Shown one piece after another: positions 1-9,684 of a stretch of 64,000 nt of DNA (position 1 is the stretch's first letter; each line of letters opens with the position of its first letter). The stretch is from an uncultured bacterium (lineage in GTDB: Bacteria; Actinomycetota; Acidimicrobiia; Spongiisociales; ZC4RG35). The notes under the pieces are model-generated. The model did no database searches and was not told the DNA's origin. It was given only the letters and a program-made list of their open reading frames with translations. A program made the position numbers and the translations under genes. The stretch lies in the NCBI GenBank assembly GCA_963792365.1, contig CAWBVW010000001.1:912592-976591 (forward strand), read 5' to 3'.

Positions 1-1050
1 ACCGTGTTCGACGGGACCGTGTATGTGGGCGTAGCCTCGCTCGAGGAGGCGTTTGCGTTGTTTCCGGGGTATCCGTGTTGCTCGTTCCGGGGCAGCATGC
101 TGGCGTTGGACGAGGCCACGGGGCAGATCAAGTGGCGGACCTACACCGCCCCGGAGGGCTTCAGCGGGAATGCTCTGTGGGGTAGCTCGCCCGCAATCGA
201 CACCAAACGGGGTCAGGTCTACGTTGCAACGGGCAACAACTACTCGGTTCCCCAGTCGGTGCTCGATTGCGTCGCGGCGGCCGGTGACGACGCAAACGCC
301 AAGGCAGCCTGCTCACCGGGTGACAATCTGTTCGATTCAATCCTGGCGCTGGACATGAAGACCGGTGCCATCAAGTGGGCGACCAAGGCGATCCCCTTCG
401 ACGCCTGGACCGTGGACTGCCTGCCGTTCCTGGGTGATGGCAACAACTGCCCCGAACCGGCCGGGCCTGACTACGACTTCGGTCAGGCGCCCGGGCTGTT
501 CACGGTGAAGGGCGGCAGCGGGAAGAAGACGGAGCTGGTCGGCGCCGGCCAGAAGAGCGGCCAGTACTGGGCCCTCAACCCCGACACGGGCCAAGTCGTC
601 TGGGTGACCCAAGCCGGACCGGGCGGAGTGGCCGGAGGCCTCCAATGGGGCTCGGCGGTCGACGGACAACGGGTCTACACCGCCAACGCCAACTCCGACC
701 TCACGCCTTGGACCCTGCCGGGTGGGGTTGTCACAACGCAGGGTGTGTGGTCTGGTCTCGACGCTCGCACCGGCGAGGTCCTGTGGCAGGTGACCCCGTC
801 GAGCGGTGGATCGACATCCGGTCCGGTCACCACCGCCAACGGAGTGGTGTTTGGGTGCTCGCTGGACGCGAGCGGACACATGTACGCACTGGATGCGGCG
901 ACCGGCGCAGAGTTGTGGAAGTTCGCCAGCGGTGGGTCGTGCCTGTCGGGTGCGGCCATCTCCGGCGGGATGCTGTTCTGGGGCTCGGGCTACACGAACT
1001 TCGGGGGGACGCCGAGCACGTCGCTGTACGCCTTCGGGCTACCGGGCTGA
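1..1050 (+). CDS. PQQ-like beta-propeller repeat protein (BamB/PQQ-repeat family), 5'-partial at window edge
   Basis: ORF 4..1050 reads in frame from base 1; repeated W/G-rich beta-propeller blades (ALDxxTGxxxW, ALNPDTGQVVW, LDARTGEVLWQ) typical of PQQ-enzyme repeats. Confidence 0.7.
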   Translation, partial: TVFDGTVYVGVASLEEAFALFPGYPCCSFRGSMLALDEATGQIKWRTYTAPEGFSGNALWGSSPAIDTKRGQVYVATGNNYSVPQSVLDCVAAAGDDANAKAACSPGDNLFDSILALDMKTGAIKWATKAIPFDAWTVDCLPFLGDGNNCPEPAGPDYDFGQAPGLFTVKGGSGKKTELVGAGQKSGQYWALNPDTGQVVWVTQAGPGGVAGGLQWGSAVDGQRVYTANANSDLTPWTLPGGVVTTQGVWSGLDARTGEVLWQVTPSSGGSTSGPVTTANGVVFGCSLDASGHMYALDAATGAELWKFASGGSCLSGAAISGGMLFWGSGYTNFGGTPSTSLYAFGLPG

Positions 1051-1296
1051 GACGGGATGGGCGGGGCGACTCCGCGCGGTGAGTCGCCCCGCCCCAAACC
1101 GCGGGGCGGGGCTTGGGGCGGAGGATTGTTCTCGTTGCGCGGCGCCCCTGGCCTCGGGACGTCGCGGACCGCGGTACATCGAGTCAGACTCGATTCGGGG
1201 CGACAGATGGGAAGCGTTCTCACTACCGCTCGTCGAAACCTGGCTCGTGACCGGGCTAATGTCGCGCGCCGTGTCGCGGGATACGTCACAGTCCCG

Positions 1297-1369
1297 GGGC
1301 CCCTAGCTCAATTGGCAGAGCACCGGGCTTTTAACCCGTTGGTTGTGGGTTCGAGTCCCACGGGGCCCA
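1297..1369 (+). tRNA. tRNA-Lys: tRNA-Lys (anticodon UUU)
   Basis: Manual cloverleaf: acceptor GGGCCCC/GGGGCCC, D-stem GCTC/GAGC, anticodon loop CTTTTAA (UUU), T-arm GTGGG-TTCGAGT-CCCAC, discriminator A, CCA not encoded. Confidence 0.85.
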
Positions 1370-1578
1370 CGCCGAGTTTCCTCCGGAAACTCCAGGCGCT
1401 GCGAGGGATTTCGAGGGATCGAGCTCGAGCGCCATCTGGGTTTCTGGGTGTCGCGCCTTTTCGCGAGATCCTGGCTTTGTCCGTCGTTTGTCCGTCCGAT
1501 TCTGCGCGTAGAGCATCGTCGATGAGGGGTCGGTGCCCGGCCCGCAGAAATGGAAGTGACCGACCGGGAGCCGAACCC

Positions 1579-2640
1579 TCACCCGGCCTGAGCGAGGCTC
1601 TCCGCTTCGGACGGGAACAGGTGTCCGTACACGTCCATCGTCACCACGATCGAGGAGTGCCCGAGGTGGCGTTTGATCGCTTCTGGGTGGGCGCCCTTCG
1701 AGATGAGGAGGGCGGCGGCGGTGTGGCGGAGGTCGTGGATCCTGAGTGCTGCCGGGAGTTGTGCGGTCTCGAGCGCCGGCTGCCACACGTTCTTGGTGAA
1801 GTTCGAGTTCCGCAGCGGCGACCCGTTGGAGACAGTGAAGACGAGCCCGTCGGGGTCGGTGCCGCAGTAGGTGACCAGGTGGTGGTTGAGCATCTCCCGC
1901 AGGAAACTCGGGATCACCACGGTGCGAGACCGGTGGTTCTTGGTGGTCCCGAAGTGGAGGTCGCCACCCACCTCGGCGAGCGACTCGTTGACGTCGACCC
2001 GACCCCGGAGGACGTCGACCCGCCGCCGTCGGAGGGCAGCCGCCTCACCCCACCGGAGTCCGCCATAGGCGAGCACGTAGACGAGTGCCCGGTAGCGATC
2101 GTCGACGGCGTCGGCCAGCCGGTCGATCTCCACCGGGGTGAGGAACAGCTGCTCCCGCTTGGGTTTGCGTGGGAGGGCGATCCCGTCGGCCGGGTTGGCG
2201 GGGATGTACCGACTCCGGACCGCCGCCTTGAGGATCTGGGACATGACACGATGCGCCTGCCGGATACGGGATGCAGACAGCCCCGACTCCTGCATGTCCG
2301 CTACCCATTGCTCGATCGCCAGCCCGTCGATCCGGTCGAGCCGCACCCCACCGAAGCGAGGGATGATGTGATTGCGCAGCAGCGACTGGTAGCCGTCAAG
2401 CGTCTTCGGCTTGAGATGGGTGCGGGTGGTGATCCACCCGTGTGCCCAGTCGGAGAAAGGAGTGGCAGACAGGTCCGGATCGATCCACTCGCCCCGCTGT
2501 TTCTGAGCCTCGACCTGGATCAGGAAGCGGTCGGCGTCGACCTTGCGCCGGAACGTCTTGGAGCGCTCCCGCCCACCCGGATCGATGTAGCGAATCTGCC
2601 ACTTGGACTGATCGACCGGATGCCGGCGGATGTGCGCCAT
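1579..2640 (-). CDS. tyrosine-type site-specific recombinase (phage-type integrase)
   Basis: 353 aa; SAM-like N-domain, catalytic-region motifs (LRWGE, HDLRHT, MDVYGHL tyrosine) characteristic of the phage integrase family; sits next to the tRNA 3' end. Confidence 0.9.
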   Translation of the reverse strand: MAHIRRHPVDQSKWQIRYIDPGGRERSKTFRRKVDADRFLIQVEAQKQRGEWIDPDLSATPFSDWAHGWITTRTHLKPKTLDGYQSLLRNHIIPRFGGVRLDRIDGLAIEQWVADMQESGLSASRIRQAHRVMSQILKAAVRSRYIPANPADGIALPRKPKREQLFLTPVEIDRLADAVDDRYRALVYVLAYGGLRWGEAAALRRRRVDVLRGRVDVNESLAEVGGDLHFGTTKNHRSRTVVIPSFLREMLNHHLVTYCGTDPDGLVFTVSNGSPLRNSNFTKNVWQPALETAQLPAALRIHDLRHTAAALLISKGAHPEAIKRHLGHSSIVVTMDVYGHLFPSEAESLAQAG

Positions 2641-2643
2641 GGC

Positions 2644-2879
2644 TCAGTGTCCATCCTCCGAGGCCAACTCCGCAAGCCACTCCTCGACGTCGACCCACCG
2701 GAACCGCAGATGCCGCCCCACTCTGAACCCCCGCGGTCCCTTGCTTCGATGCCGCAGGTGTAGATCGTCTGCACCGGCACGTCGAGGTACGCAGCGGGGT
2801 CATCAACAGAGAGGAGGGGGTCACCAACAGCCCCGGTTCCTCGTACGGGCCCGTGTCGGGCACCATGATCGTCCCTCAT
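2644..2879 (-). CDS. small excisionase/AlpA-family HTH protein (Xis) with apparent 1-nt frameshift
   Basis: C-terminal frame encodes KGPRGFRVGRHLRFRWVDVEEWL* (classic Xis/HTH_17 tail) ending 4 nt before int start; N-terminal HTH part (LLSVDDPAAYLDVPVQTIY) lies in the adjacent frame (ORF 2520..2879), implying an indel near 2775. Confidence 0.55.
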
Positions 2880-3110
2880 GGGTGCACTGTATCAACTCAT
2901 TCCCATTCATACAAGCGTCAACTAACAATAAAACCAAGCGGTTCGAGGGGTCAGGTGGCTCGCCTGACAACCACTCTCCGTGACCGAACACACCGAGTTC
3001 ATCGGTGCCGATACCGGACACTTGGGGGAATATTTGCTTCTTATCCGGATCTGGTGATCTGAGATAGACCAGCGAGGGGAGAACAGGGCTTCGACATCTA
3101 CGATGAGAGG

Positions 3111-3326
3111 ATGCCCCTCTACCATGTGCGGCTCTCTGTTGCTGGCGAAACCTCAGACGAAGTCAAGGTTGACCTGTCCGAGACCGAGCTCGAAGAACAG
3201 TTCTTGGCTCCATATCGAGACGGCCGAGCGATCACGGTCAACGGTCGGACCATCGAGGTGCCGAATCTAGACCGATCCGGGTCTCCAAGTCGGAGAGATC
3301 TGCGCAAGATTTCGTACCCCAGCTGA
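3111..3326 (+). CDS. hypothetical small protein (71 aa)
   Basis: ORF in the AT-richer segment of the island just upstream of the TIR-like gene; no recognisable domain. Confidence 0.25.
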   Translation: MPLYHVRLSVAGETSDEVKVDLSETELEEQFLAPYRDGRAITVNGRTIEVPNLDRSGSPSRRDLRKISYPS

Positions 3327-3383
3327 AGGCTGAGGATCAGGTGTCGTCCGTTACGGTATTCGGCGGGCCGTCGTATCTGTGGC

Positions 3384-4010
3384 GTGCGGCCCCGCGCTGA
3401 AGATGTCACCGACCATTACATCAGTGGACCCCCCGGCCACCCACAGCAGGACGGCAGTGAAGACATCCGCTTGCGTCGCGTGACCGTGCCCTTGGGTCCC
3501 GGCGACGGTCGCAGCGTGTTCTTGGTTCACGGGCGAGATCTGTCAAAGGCTCGTGCGATGACTGAGTTCCTGCGCTCGCTAGACCTAAGGGTCATCGAAT
3601 GGGAGCAAGCCGTTCACCTTACGGGCGAGGCGAATCCGTATGTCGGTGACATCCTTGCCGCCGGCCTCGAAGCGGCCGATGCGGTCGTGGTCCTTGCGAC
3701 GCCGGACGACATCGTACGCCTGGATCCTGCACTCACAGATGGGGCCGATGACCCCGAGGTCAAAGAGGCGAAGCAGCCTCGTCAGAACGTCATCTACGAA
3801 GCCGGCATGGCTATGGCTCTCGCGGCGAACAGGACACTCATCTTGGCAACGAAGGGCACCAAGATCCTCAGCGATATCCAGGGACGACATGTAGCGCATT
3901 TGGACAACTCCGCTCAGGCGAGGAAGCGGATCGTTGGACGGCTTCAGGTTCTAGGCCTCGCCGTGGATGACTCCGGCCAGGACTGGCTCGAAGCTGGCGA
4001 CTTCGAATGA
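3384..4010 (+). CDS. TIR-like nucleotide-binding protein (COG4271 / Cap12-PycTIR-type TIR-like domain)
   Basis: Motif SVFLVHGRD...FL..L.L.VIEWE...ILAAGLEAADAVVVLATPDDIV matches the N-terminal signature of the CBASS Cap12 / Pycsar PycTIR TIR-like family (KVFIVHGHD...AVVLLTPDD); an alternative GTG start near 3479 is possible. Confidence 0.7.
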   Translation: MRPRAEDVTDHYISGPPGHPQQDGSEDIRLRRVTVPLGPGDGRSVFLVHGRDLSKARAMTEFLRSLDLRVIEWEQAVHLTGEANPYVGDILAAGLEAADAVVVLATPDDIVRLDPALTDGADDPEVKEAKQPRQNVIYEAGMAMALAANRTLILATKGTKILSDIQGRHVAHLDNSAQARKRIVGRLQVLGLAVDDSGQDWLEAGDFE

Positions 4011-4057
4011 CGGGATCTCGGCCTCCCCAATACCCCTCAGTCAAGGAGCGCGTGATC

Positions 4058-4393
4058 ATGGTGGTGAAGGTCGAGCGGCCGGGCACAGGGCCGGAGGTGC
4101 TCGTCTACTGGAGCCCGACCTGGCGGACCAAGCTCTTCTACAACACCACGCTTCGCTCGGATACTTCTGTCGAGGAGAAGTGCAAGTCATCTCTGGACGA
4201 GGTCTTCCGCATCCCGCCACATCGAGTCGACATCGATGAAACACAAGGCCGGATCTTGGTTGTCCGAAAGCGCAGTGAGGATCCCACAGAGTCTGAACTT
4301 GGACTTGTCGAGTACCGGTTTGTGGTCCAGCCCGTGGTCGTCGATGGTTTGCCTCGTTCGCTGCTCGAGGATGGACACAGCGGTTGGGCGTGA
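4058..4393 (+). CDS. hypothetical protein, translationally coupled partner of the TIR-like protein
   Basis: ORF 4007..4393 overlaps the stop of the upstream gene (ATGA); internal ATG at 4058 is preceded by AAGGAG with 8-nt spacing; no known domain. Confidence 0.55.
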   Translation: MVVKVERPGTGPEVLVYWSPTWRTKLFYNTTLRSDTSVEEKCKSSLDEVFRIPPHRVDIDETQGRILVVRKRSEDPTESELGLVEYRFVVQPVVVDGLPRSLLEDGHSGWA

Positions 4394-4812
4394 CGGGTAT
4401 GACTACTCAGTCGTTTCGCTTGCGTCGCTGATGCACGACGATCGGACGATGGAGGTGAACGGCAAGGAGGTGAGATTCGTCAGCGACTTTGGGGGCAACA
4501 CCCTTCGGCTGGTCCGCGCCTCTACCTTTGCGGCAGATTAGACCCCGTCTTGATGCCTACGGAGCGGGTCGCGTGAACGTAGCTGGCTGCTCTCTCGGGG
4601 AGGCGCGAACCGATCAACCGGGAACCCCAAGGGAGACGATCGTAGCGAACTCACGATCGAGGTTAGTCGCCCTGGCACTGCCAGCCTCCCTCGATATCGA
4701 GCGTCCATCCAGATCATTCACTGCGTGGCGCGTTATCGAACACCCATCGGCGTCCGGGACGCGGTAATCCCGCTCACCCCGCCAGCAATCGGATCCCCAC
4801 GATCCGCGGTCG

Positions 4813-5298
4813 CTACACAGATCCGTGACAGGCCTTGTACTTCCGCCCCGATCCGCACGGGCACGGATCGTTCCGACCAGGCTTTGCCGTTGTCGGCATG
4901 GTCGGTGGTCGCTGGCGAGCGGCTCGTGCCTCCAGCTGGGACGCCAGTGTTCGGAGATGGCGACGCTCGGCCTCCACTTCGGCCTCCCGCTCCGCGAGCG
5001 TCTGCTCTCGCTCGTTGAGTTCCTCTCGCACACGATCGATGAGCGCCACCGAATGATCGAGATCAGGATCGTCGACAGTGGACAGCTCGTGTTCGATGAG
5101 GATCGCGATCGCCCCGCCCATGGAGACGCCAACGACATCGCAGTATCGCTTCCACGTCGACCAGACCGCATCCGACACCGGCACTTTCACGAGCTGCGTA
5201 CCCTTCCCGTGATCGAGCTCGGCAAGCACCCGGCGATCGATCCGAGCCAACACTCCACGGTCAAGCGCCATCGCGACCCCCATGCGTTCCAACCGCAC
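4813..5298 (-). CDS. hypothetical protein with C-terminal SEC-C metal-binding motif
   Basis: C-terminus [15 protein letters not shown] is the SecA-C/SEC-C zinc-binding motif; coiled-coil middle; N-terminal region unassigned. Confidence 0.6.
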   Translation of the reverse strand: MRLERMGVAMALDRGVLARIDRRVLAELDHGKGTQLVKVPVSDAVWSTWKRYCDVVGVSMGGAIAILIEHELSTVDDPDLDHSVALIDRVREELNEREQTLAEREAEVEAERRHLRTLASQLEARAARQRPPTMPTTAKPGRNDPCPCGSGRKYKACHGSV

Positions 5299-5315
5299 AC
5301 AGTTGCATCAAACTG

Positions 5316-5774
5316 ATGCCGAGTCTACTGGTATACCGCCAAGGGGTAGGTTGCAACTGTGTGGTCATGAGACCGCCGGCTCTGCACCTTGCTGTGAGTG
5401 CTGTAATGCTTTCCACGATGTTGCACAACAACGAACCGCACGGAACCTCGAGAGGCATTGAGATCACTGATGCGGTGATCGCCGAGCTCGCTCGGGAAGC
5501 CGAGGTGGGCTACGACACAGGGGCCGATGCGCACGCAACCGGCTCCAAGCTACGGCTGTTTGGACGAATAACCATCGAACCCGGCAAGCACGGCGGCCAA
5601 CCGTGCATCCGAGGACTCCGGATCCCGGTAGCGACGATTGTGGGCATGGTGGCCGCCGGCATGTCGGCCGACGAGGTCGTCGCAGACCTTCCAGACCTCG
5701 AGCCCGAGGACGTTGCGGAAGCCCTTCGCTTTGCGGCTGAGACAATTCGAGAAGGACACATCCCGCAGGTATGA
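5316..5774 (+). CDS. DUF433 domain protein (antitoxin-like)
   Basis: C-terminal half ITIEPGKHGGQPCIRGLRIPVATIVGMVAAGMSADEVVADLPDLEPEDVAEALRFAA matches the DUF433 consensus; true start may be internal. Confidence 0.65.
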   Translation: MPSLLVYRQGVGCNCVVMRPPALHLAVSAVMLSTMLHNNEPHGTSRGIEITDAVIAELAREAEVGYDTGADAHATGSKLRLFGRITIEPGKHGGQPCIRGLRIPVATIVGMVAAGMSADEVVADLPDLEPEDVAEALRFAAETIREGHIPQV

Positions 5775-5808
5775 GCCTTCCCTGACTCCCGACGAGGAGA
5801 CATAAACC

Positions 5809-7851
5809 TTGGGGCGGATGAGAACGACGATACCTCGGACTCGTCAATGCGACGGCGTGCGGGAACCGATCCGATCCGGCCGGCGTGACATGGAAGTGAT
5901 TTCTGCGTGTCGTTGGGGATCGATTGTGGTGCTGTCTCTCGCATTGGCAGCGTGTTCCCGTGCGGCACCGTTGGACACCTCCCCGCCGGTCGTGAGTTCG
6001 TCACCGGCTCCTGAGAGTTCGAGCACGGTGGCTTCGGCGTTCGAACCACCTGACATCGGCGAGTTCGATCCCGGCGTCGCATCTTCCGTCGAGGTCCCGG
6101 CCGTCGTCGACTGGGACGAGATCACTGCCGGTCTGCAGGAAGCACACTCAGGGAGCTCCGAGCTTGTGGCGGTAGCACCGGAGTCTTGTGTCGAAGTCGG
6201 GCCGGATCAATGGCGTGTCGACGGGTCAGTGACCGTTCCCACGGGGGTCGAATCACCGACGGTGCTTTTCCAGTTTGTCATGCAAAACGACGACGTGATC
6301 GAGTCGATCCCGGTCCTGGTCGAGTTCAGCGAGTCGGGTCGGTTCACTTTCGTCGCCGACTTCTTGACCCGATCGCTGCGAGAGGACGAGTTCTGGTGGC
6401 CCACGTACGGCTATTCGCCCGGAGTCGAGGGCTGCCTCATCGAGGTCGCATACGGTTCGGCGGCGACCGAGAGTGGATCGTGGACGATCGATGCCCAACG
6501 ATCCAGCGAGCCGATCAGCTGGACAGCGCCGCCCGACTCGATCCAGGCGTTGGGTTTGGGAGCGTCGATGATTGATCCCGACGACCCGAGGACCAGCTGG
6601 ATGACCATGGCCTGGCTCGATATCGGCCCAACTCTCGAAACAGTGTGGGTCCCGACCGACCCGCTGCTGCCTCTGGTACGGATGTCGCTGTCTGGAGCCT
6701 GCGACAGCATGACCTTAGGAGGCAACGGAACAAGCGCGGCCGTGGTCGAGCTGTTCCATCGTTGCGACCTGACCTATTTGGTGGTTGGAGATCCGCCTGC
6801 CGGATCGGGCGTGCCGGACATCGACGGATTCGAGTATGCGACTTGGATCGATCTGCCCGCCCTTTACACCAAGCGAGACGGATGGAACATCGTGATTCAC
6901 CCCGACTCGCTCGATGCCGACTGGAGTGCCATTTCCGACGTCGCTCGCTCGCTCACATCATTCACGAATCTTCGGGTGTCGGACCGCGATGTGCCCGGTG
7001 TAGGCGAGACCGTTAGCGAAGCAATCTCCGAGATCATCGAACGTGACGGTCTCACCGAGCGGAGCCGACGCCAGGTCACGCCAGAACTCGTGACCGTCGT
7101 CGCAACCGGTGAAGACCTCGGACAGTACGTGGGAGACATCCCAGGCACCTACGTCGCAACGTTCGATGTCAACCTGCGCGACGGCGCCTGGGTGGCGGGA
7201 GACCCGGGTCTCTCCGGCGGCGGTGACCTCTGTCTCACCGGTTTCGGCTCGAGCCATCCGTCTGCACCCGACACATACTCGGCGGCCCTCGTGGGTGCCG
7301 AACCGACCTGGACCATCCAGGAAGCCGCCGGCGACGGCGGATGGCTCTCGCTCGACACCGTCGATGGTGTCGCCTGGATGGCCGAGCTGAAGTCGGTCGC
7401 CTACCGAGCGATCGACGAGCATGGCGACCCCGTGTATTGCACTGCCGGTGTACTCGGCGATGGCGAAACCTGGTCACCGTGGCAACTCCCGAACGCCCGC
7501 TGGGACCTCGACCTCACCGCCATCCCCAACCAGTCACTCTCTGACGGTGACACCATCCGAATCGAGGGCAGCGGATTCCCCAAGAACGCCAACATCGACA
7601 TCGCCATTTGCCGTGTCGCGGACCCTGGACGACCCGACATCGCAGATTGCCAGTCGTTCGAGGAGTCAGAAGAGCGCTACGGCCGCACCGAACCGGACGG
7701 CACGATTGATCGCACCTACACCGCCACGTCGAAATTCATCGACGACTACGGACAACCGATCGACTGCACCACCGACCGCTGCGTGATCCAAGTCCGAACC
7801 AACGTCGGACACCTCCGAGCCGGTCAAGCGTCGATCTCGTTCGGTGGCTGA
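5809..7851 (+). CDS. large secreted lipoprotein of unknown function (island cargo)
   Basis: 680 aa; lipobox-like LSLALAAC near the N-terminus, Ser/Pro-rich linker, Cys-containing C-terminal module (CRVADPGRPDIADCQ...CTTDRC). Confidence 0.6.
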   Translation: MGRMRTTIPRTRQCDGVREPIRSGRRDMEVISACRWGSIVVLSLALAACSRAAPLDTSPPVVSSSPAPESSSTVASAFEPPDIGEFDPGVASSVEVPAVVDWDEITAGLQEAHSGSSELVAVAPESCVEVGPDQWRVDGSVTVPTGVESPTVLFQFVMQNDDVIESIPVLVEFSESGRFTFVADFLTRSLREDEFWWPTYGYSPGVEGCLIEVAYGSAATESGSWTIDAQRSSEPISWTAPPDSIQALGLGASMIDPDDPRTSWMTMAWLDIGPTLETVWVPTDPLLPLVRMSLSGACDSMTLGGNGTSAAVVELFHRCDLTYLVVGDPPAGSGVPDIDGFEYATWIDLPALYTKRDGWNIVIHPDSLDADWSAISDVARSLTSFTNLRVSDRDVPGVGETVSEAISEIIERDGLTERSRRQVTPELVTVVATGEDLGQYVGDIPGTYVATFDVNLRDGAWVAGDPGLSGGGDLCLTGFGSSHPSAPDTYSAALVGAEPTWTIQEAAGDGGWLSLDTVDGVAWMAELKSVAYRAIDEHGDPVYCTAGVLGDGETWSPWQLPNARWDLDLTAIPNQSLSDGDTIRIEGSGFPKNANIDIAICRVADPGRPDIADCQSFEESEERYGRTEPDGTIDRTYTATSKFIDDYGQPIDCTTDRCVIQVRTNVGHLRAGQASISFGG

Positions 7852-7865
7852 GCCGCCAACAGCAC

Positions 7866-8098
7866 TCACTCCGTCTCGCCAGGGACGTATCGGCTCGACA
7901 TGAGCCATTCGAACACTTCATGCCGGAGGAAGTAGAGCTTGCGGCCGCCCTCCTTGCGGTGAGCGGGGATGATCCCTTCCCGTGCCCACAGGCGGACGAT
8001 CTGGTCTGACGTTTGTAGCAAGTCGGCGAGCTGCTTGGCGTCCATCACCGCCGGCACCTCCGGGTACCAGCGGTCGTAGTCGAAGTCCTCGCCCATCC
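7866..8098 (-). CDS. excisionase-family HTH DNA-binding protein
   Basis: C-terminal half MDAKQLADLLQTSDQIVRLWAREGIIPAHRKEGGRKLYFLRHEVFEWL is an Xis/MerR-type HTH; ORF 7866..8219, likely internal start. Confidence 0.6.
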
Positions 8099-8101
8099 CT
8101 C

Positions 8102-8371
8102 TCAGTCCCGCCCAGTGTCGTCGGATGCGGCTTCGTCCTCGGGAACGGGCTCGCCCGGCGTGTACCGCTTCATGTCCTCGAGCACCTCTTCCCGGAGGAA
8201 CCGGAACTGCTGACCCCACCGGAACGCCCGCAGCTCCCCCCGGTGCACCTTGTCCCGCACGTCTCCGATCGTCGAATGCATCATCTCCGCCACGTGAGCG
8301 GTGGTCAGCACCAGCGGGTACTCGGCCCGGAAGCGTGCAAGGATCTCACCGGAGAAGTCAGAACCGGCCAT
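8102..8371 (-). CDS. excisionase-family HTH DNA-binding protein
   Basis: AEMMHSTIGDVRDKVHRGELRAFRWGQQFRFLREEVLEDM is an Xis-like HTH; ORF 8102..8419 in tandem with the previous gene. Confidence 0.55.
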   Translation of the reverse strand: MAGSDFSGEILARFRAEYPLVLTTAHVAEMMHSTIGDVRDKVHRGELRAFRWGQQFRFLREEVLEDMKRYTPGEPVPEDEAASDDTGRD

Positions 8372-8493
8372 TACGGCGCAAGATACTCGACGAGATTTCA
8401 CATCAGAACGCATCGGCACGGATCGTTAAAGACCGGTGCCACGATTCCCATTATTAAAGCAATCGGCATCTAGGTTTAGTAAGCTGAGAACCA

Positions 8494-9684
8494 ATGCAAG
8501 GAGACTTGAACAACGAACCGTGGGGCTCCGGGGCGATGCGCACCACCCTGGCCGGCTACCAAGCCTTCCACCCGGCTCCCCTGCCGGCGTCGCTCACCTA
8601 TCCCGAAGCGACCGTGGTCAAGCTGACGGAAGCCACTGCCGCCGTCAACCGGCTGGGTGGAGCCAGCCGGCTGCTCCCCACCCCCGAGCTGCTGATCGGG
8701 CCCTACGTCCGCTTGGAGGCGATTCTCAGCTCGCGCATCGAAGGTACTCGCACCACTGTCGGCGAGCTCCTCCAATACGAGGCAGCCGGTGACGACGAGC
8801 CGACCGGTGACATCCGCGAAGTCACCAACTACGTCCGCGCCCTCAACCACGCCGTTCGACGCCTCGACGAACTCCCCCTGTCGAACCGGCTGATCCGAGA
8901 AGCCCACGCGCTGCTCATGGAAGGGGTCCGGGGCGAATACGCCAACCCAGGTGAGTTCCGCACGACACAGAACTGGATCGGAGCACCGGGCTCCACCATC
9001 AACACCGCCCGGTTCGTTCCCCCACACCCCGACGAGGCGAAGGATGCGATGGGCGAGCTGGAGCGGTTCCTCCACGACCGGAGCCTCCCCGACCTGATCG
9101 CCATCGGATTTGCCCACTACCAGTTCGAGACCATCCATCCCTTTGTCGACGGCAACGGCCGCATCGGACGGCTCCTCATCATCCTCATGCTGATCGAACG
9201 AGGAATCCTCTCGGCCCCCGTCCTCTACCTGTCCGCCTACTTCGAGCAGAACCGCCAGACCTACTACGACCTCCTCGACCACACCCGATCGACCTCGGAC
9301 CCGTTCCCCTGGCTCGACTTCTTCCTCACAGGCGTCACCGTCATGGCCACCGAAGCAGAGCAACGCGCCGTCCGCCTCATCGACCTCCAACACACCGTCC
9401 GAACCCAACTCCTCGACCAAGGTGCCTCCCCCACCGCCCTGCGACTGGGTGAGGTGATCTTCGACGTCCCATACGTCACGGCCGCCGGCATCGCCAAACG
9501 ACTCGACGTCACGTTCCCGACAGCGCAGAAGGCCATCGACGACCTCACCCGAGCCGAGCTCCTGGAAGAGATCACCGGCCAACAACGAAATCGCGTCTAC
9601 CTCGCGCGAGGAGTCCAGGACGCGGTCTACGGGGCACCAAGCGACCGTGATCCCGGACAGGAATCGGCTTCCCGACACGGATGA
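8494..9684 (+). CDS. Fic family protein (Fic/DOC AMPylase fold) with C-terminal HTH
   Basis: Canonical Fic motif HPFVDGNGRIGRLL (HxFx[DE]GNGRxxR); about 400 aa with winged-helix C-terminus, typical long Fic architecture. Confidence 0.9.
   Translation: MQGDLNNEPWGSGAMRTTLAGYQAFHPAPLPASLTYPEATVVKLTEATAAVNRLGGASRLLPTPELLIGPYVRLEAILSSRIEGTRTTVGELLQYEAAGDDEPTGDIREVTNYVRALNHAVRRLDELPLSNRLIREAHALLMEGVRGEYANPGEFRTTQNWIGAPGSTINTARFVPPHPDEAKDAMGELERFLHDRSLPDLIAIGFAHYQFETIHPFVDGNGRIGRLLIILMLIERGILSAPVLYLSAYFEQNRQTYYDLLDHTRSTSDPFPWLDFFLTGVTVMATEAEQRAVRLIDLQHTVRTQLLDQGASPTALRLGEVIFDVPYVTAAGIAKRLDVTFPTAQKAIDDLTRAELLEEITGQQRNRVYLARGVQDAVYGAPSDRDPGQESASRHG

Noticed and set aside
1057-2763. 568-aa ORF on the plus strand overlapping the integrase
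   Set aside because: Arg/Gly/Pro-rich low-complexity translation antisense to a well-supported integrase; typical high-GC shadow ORF
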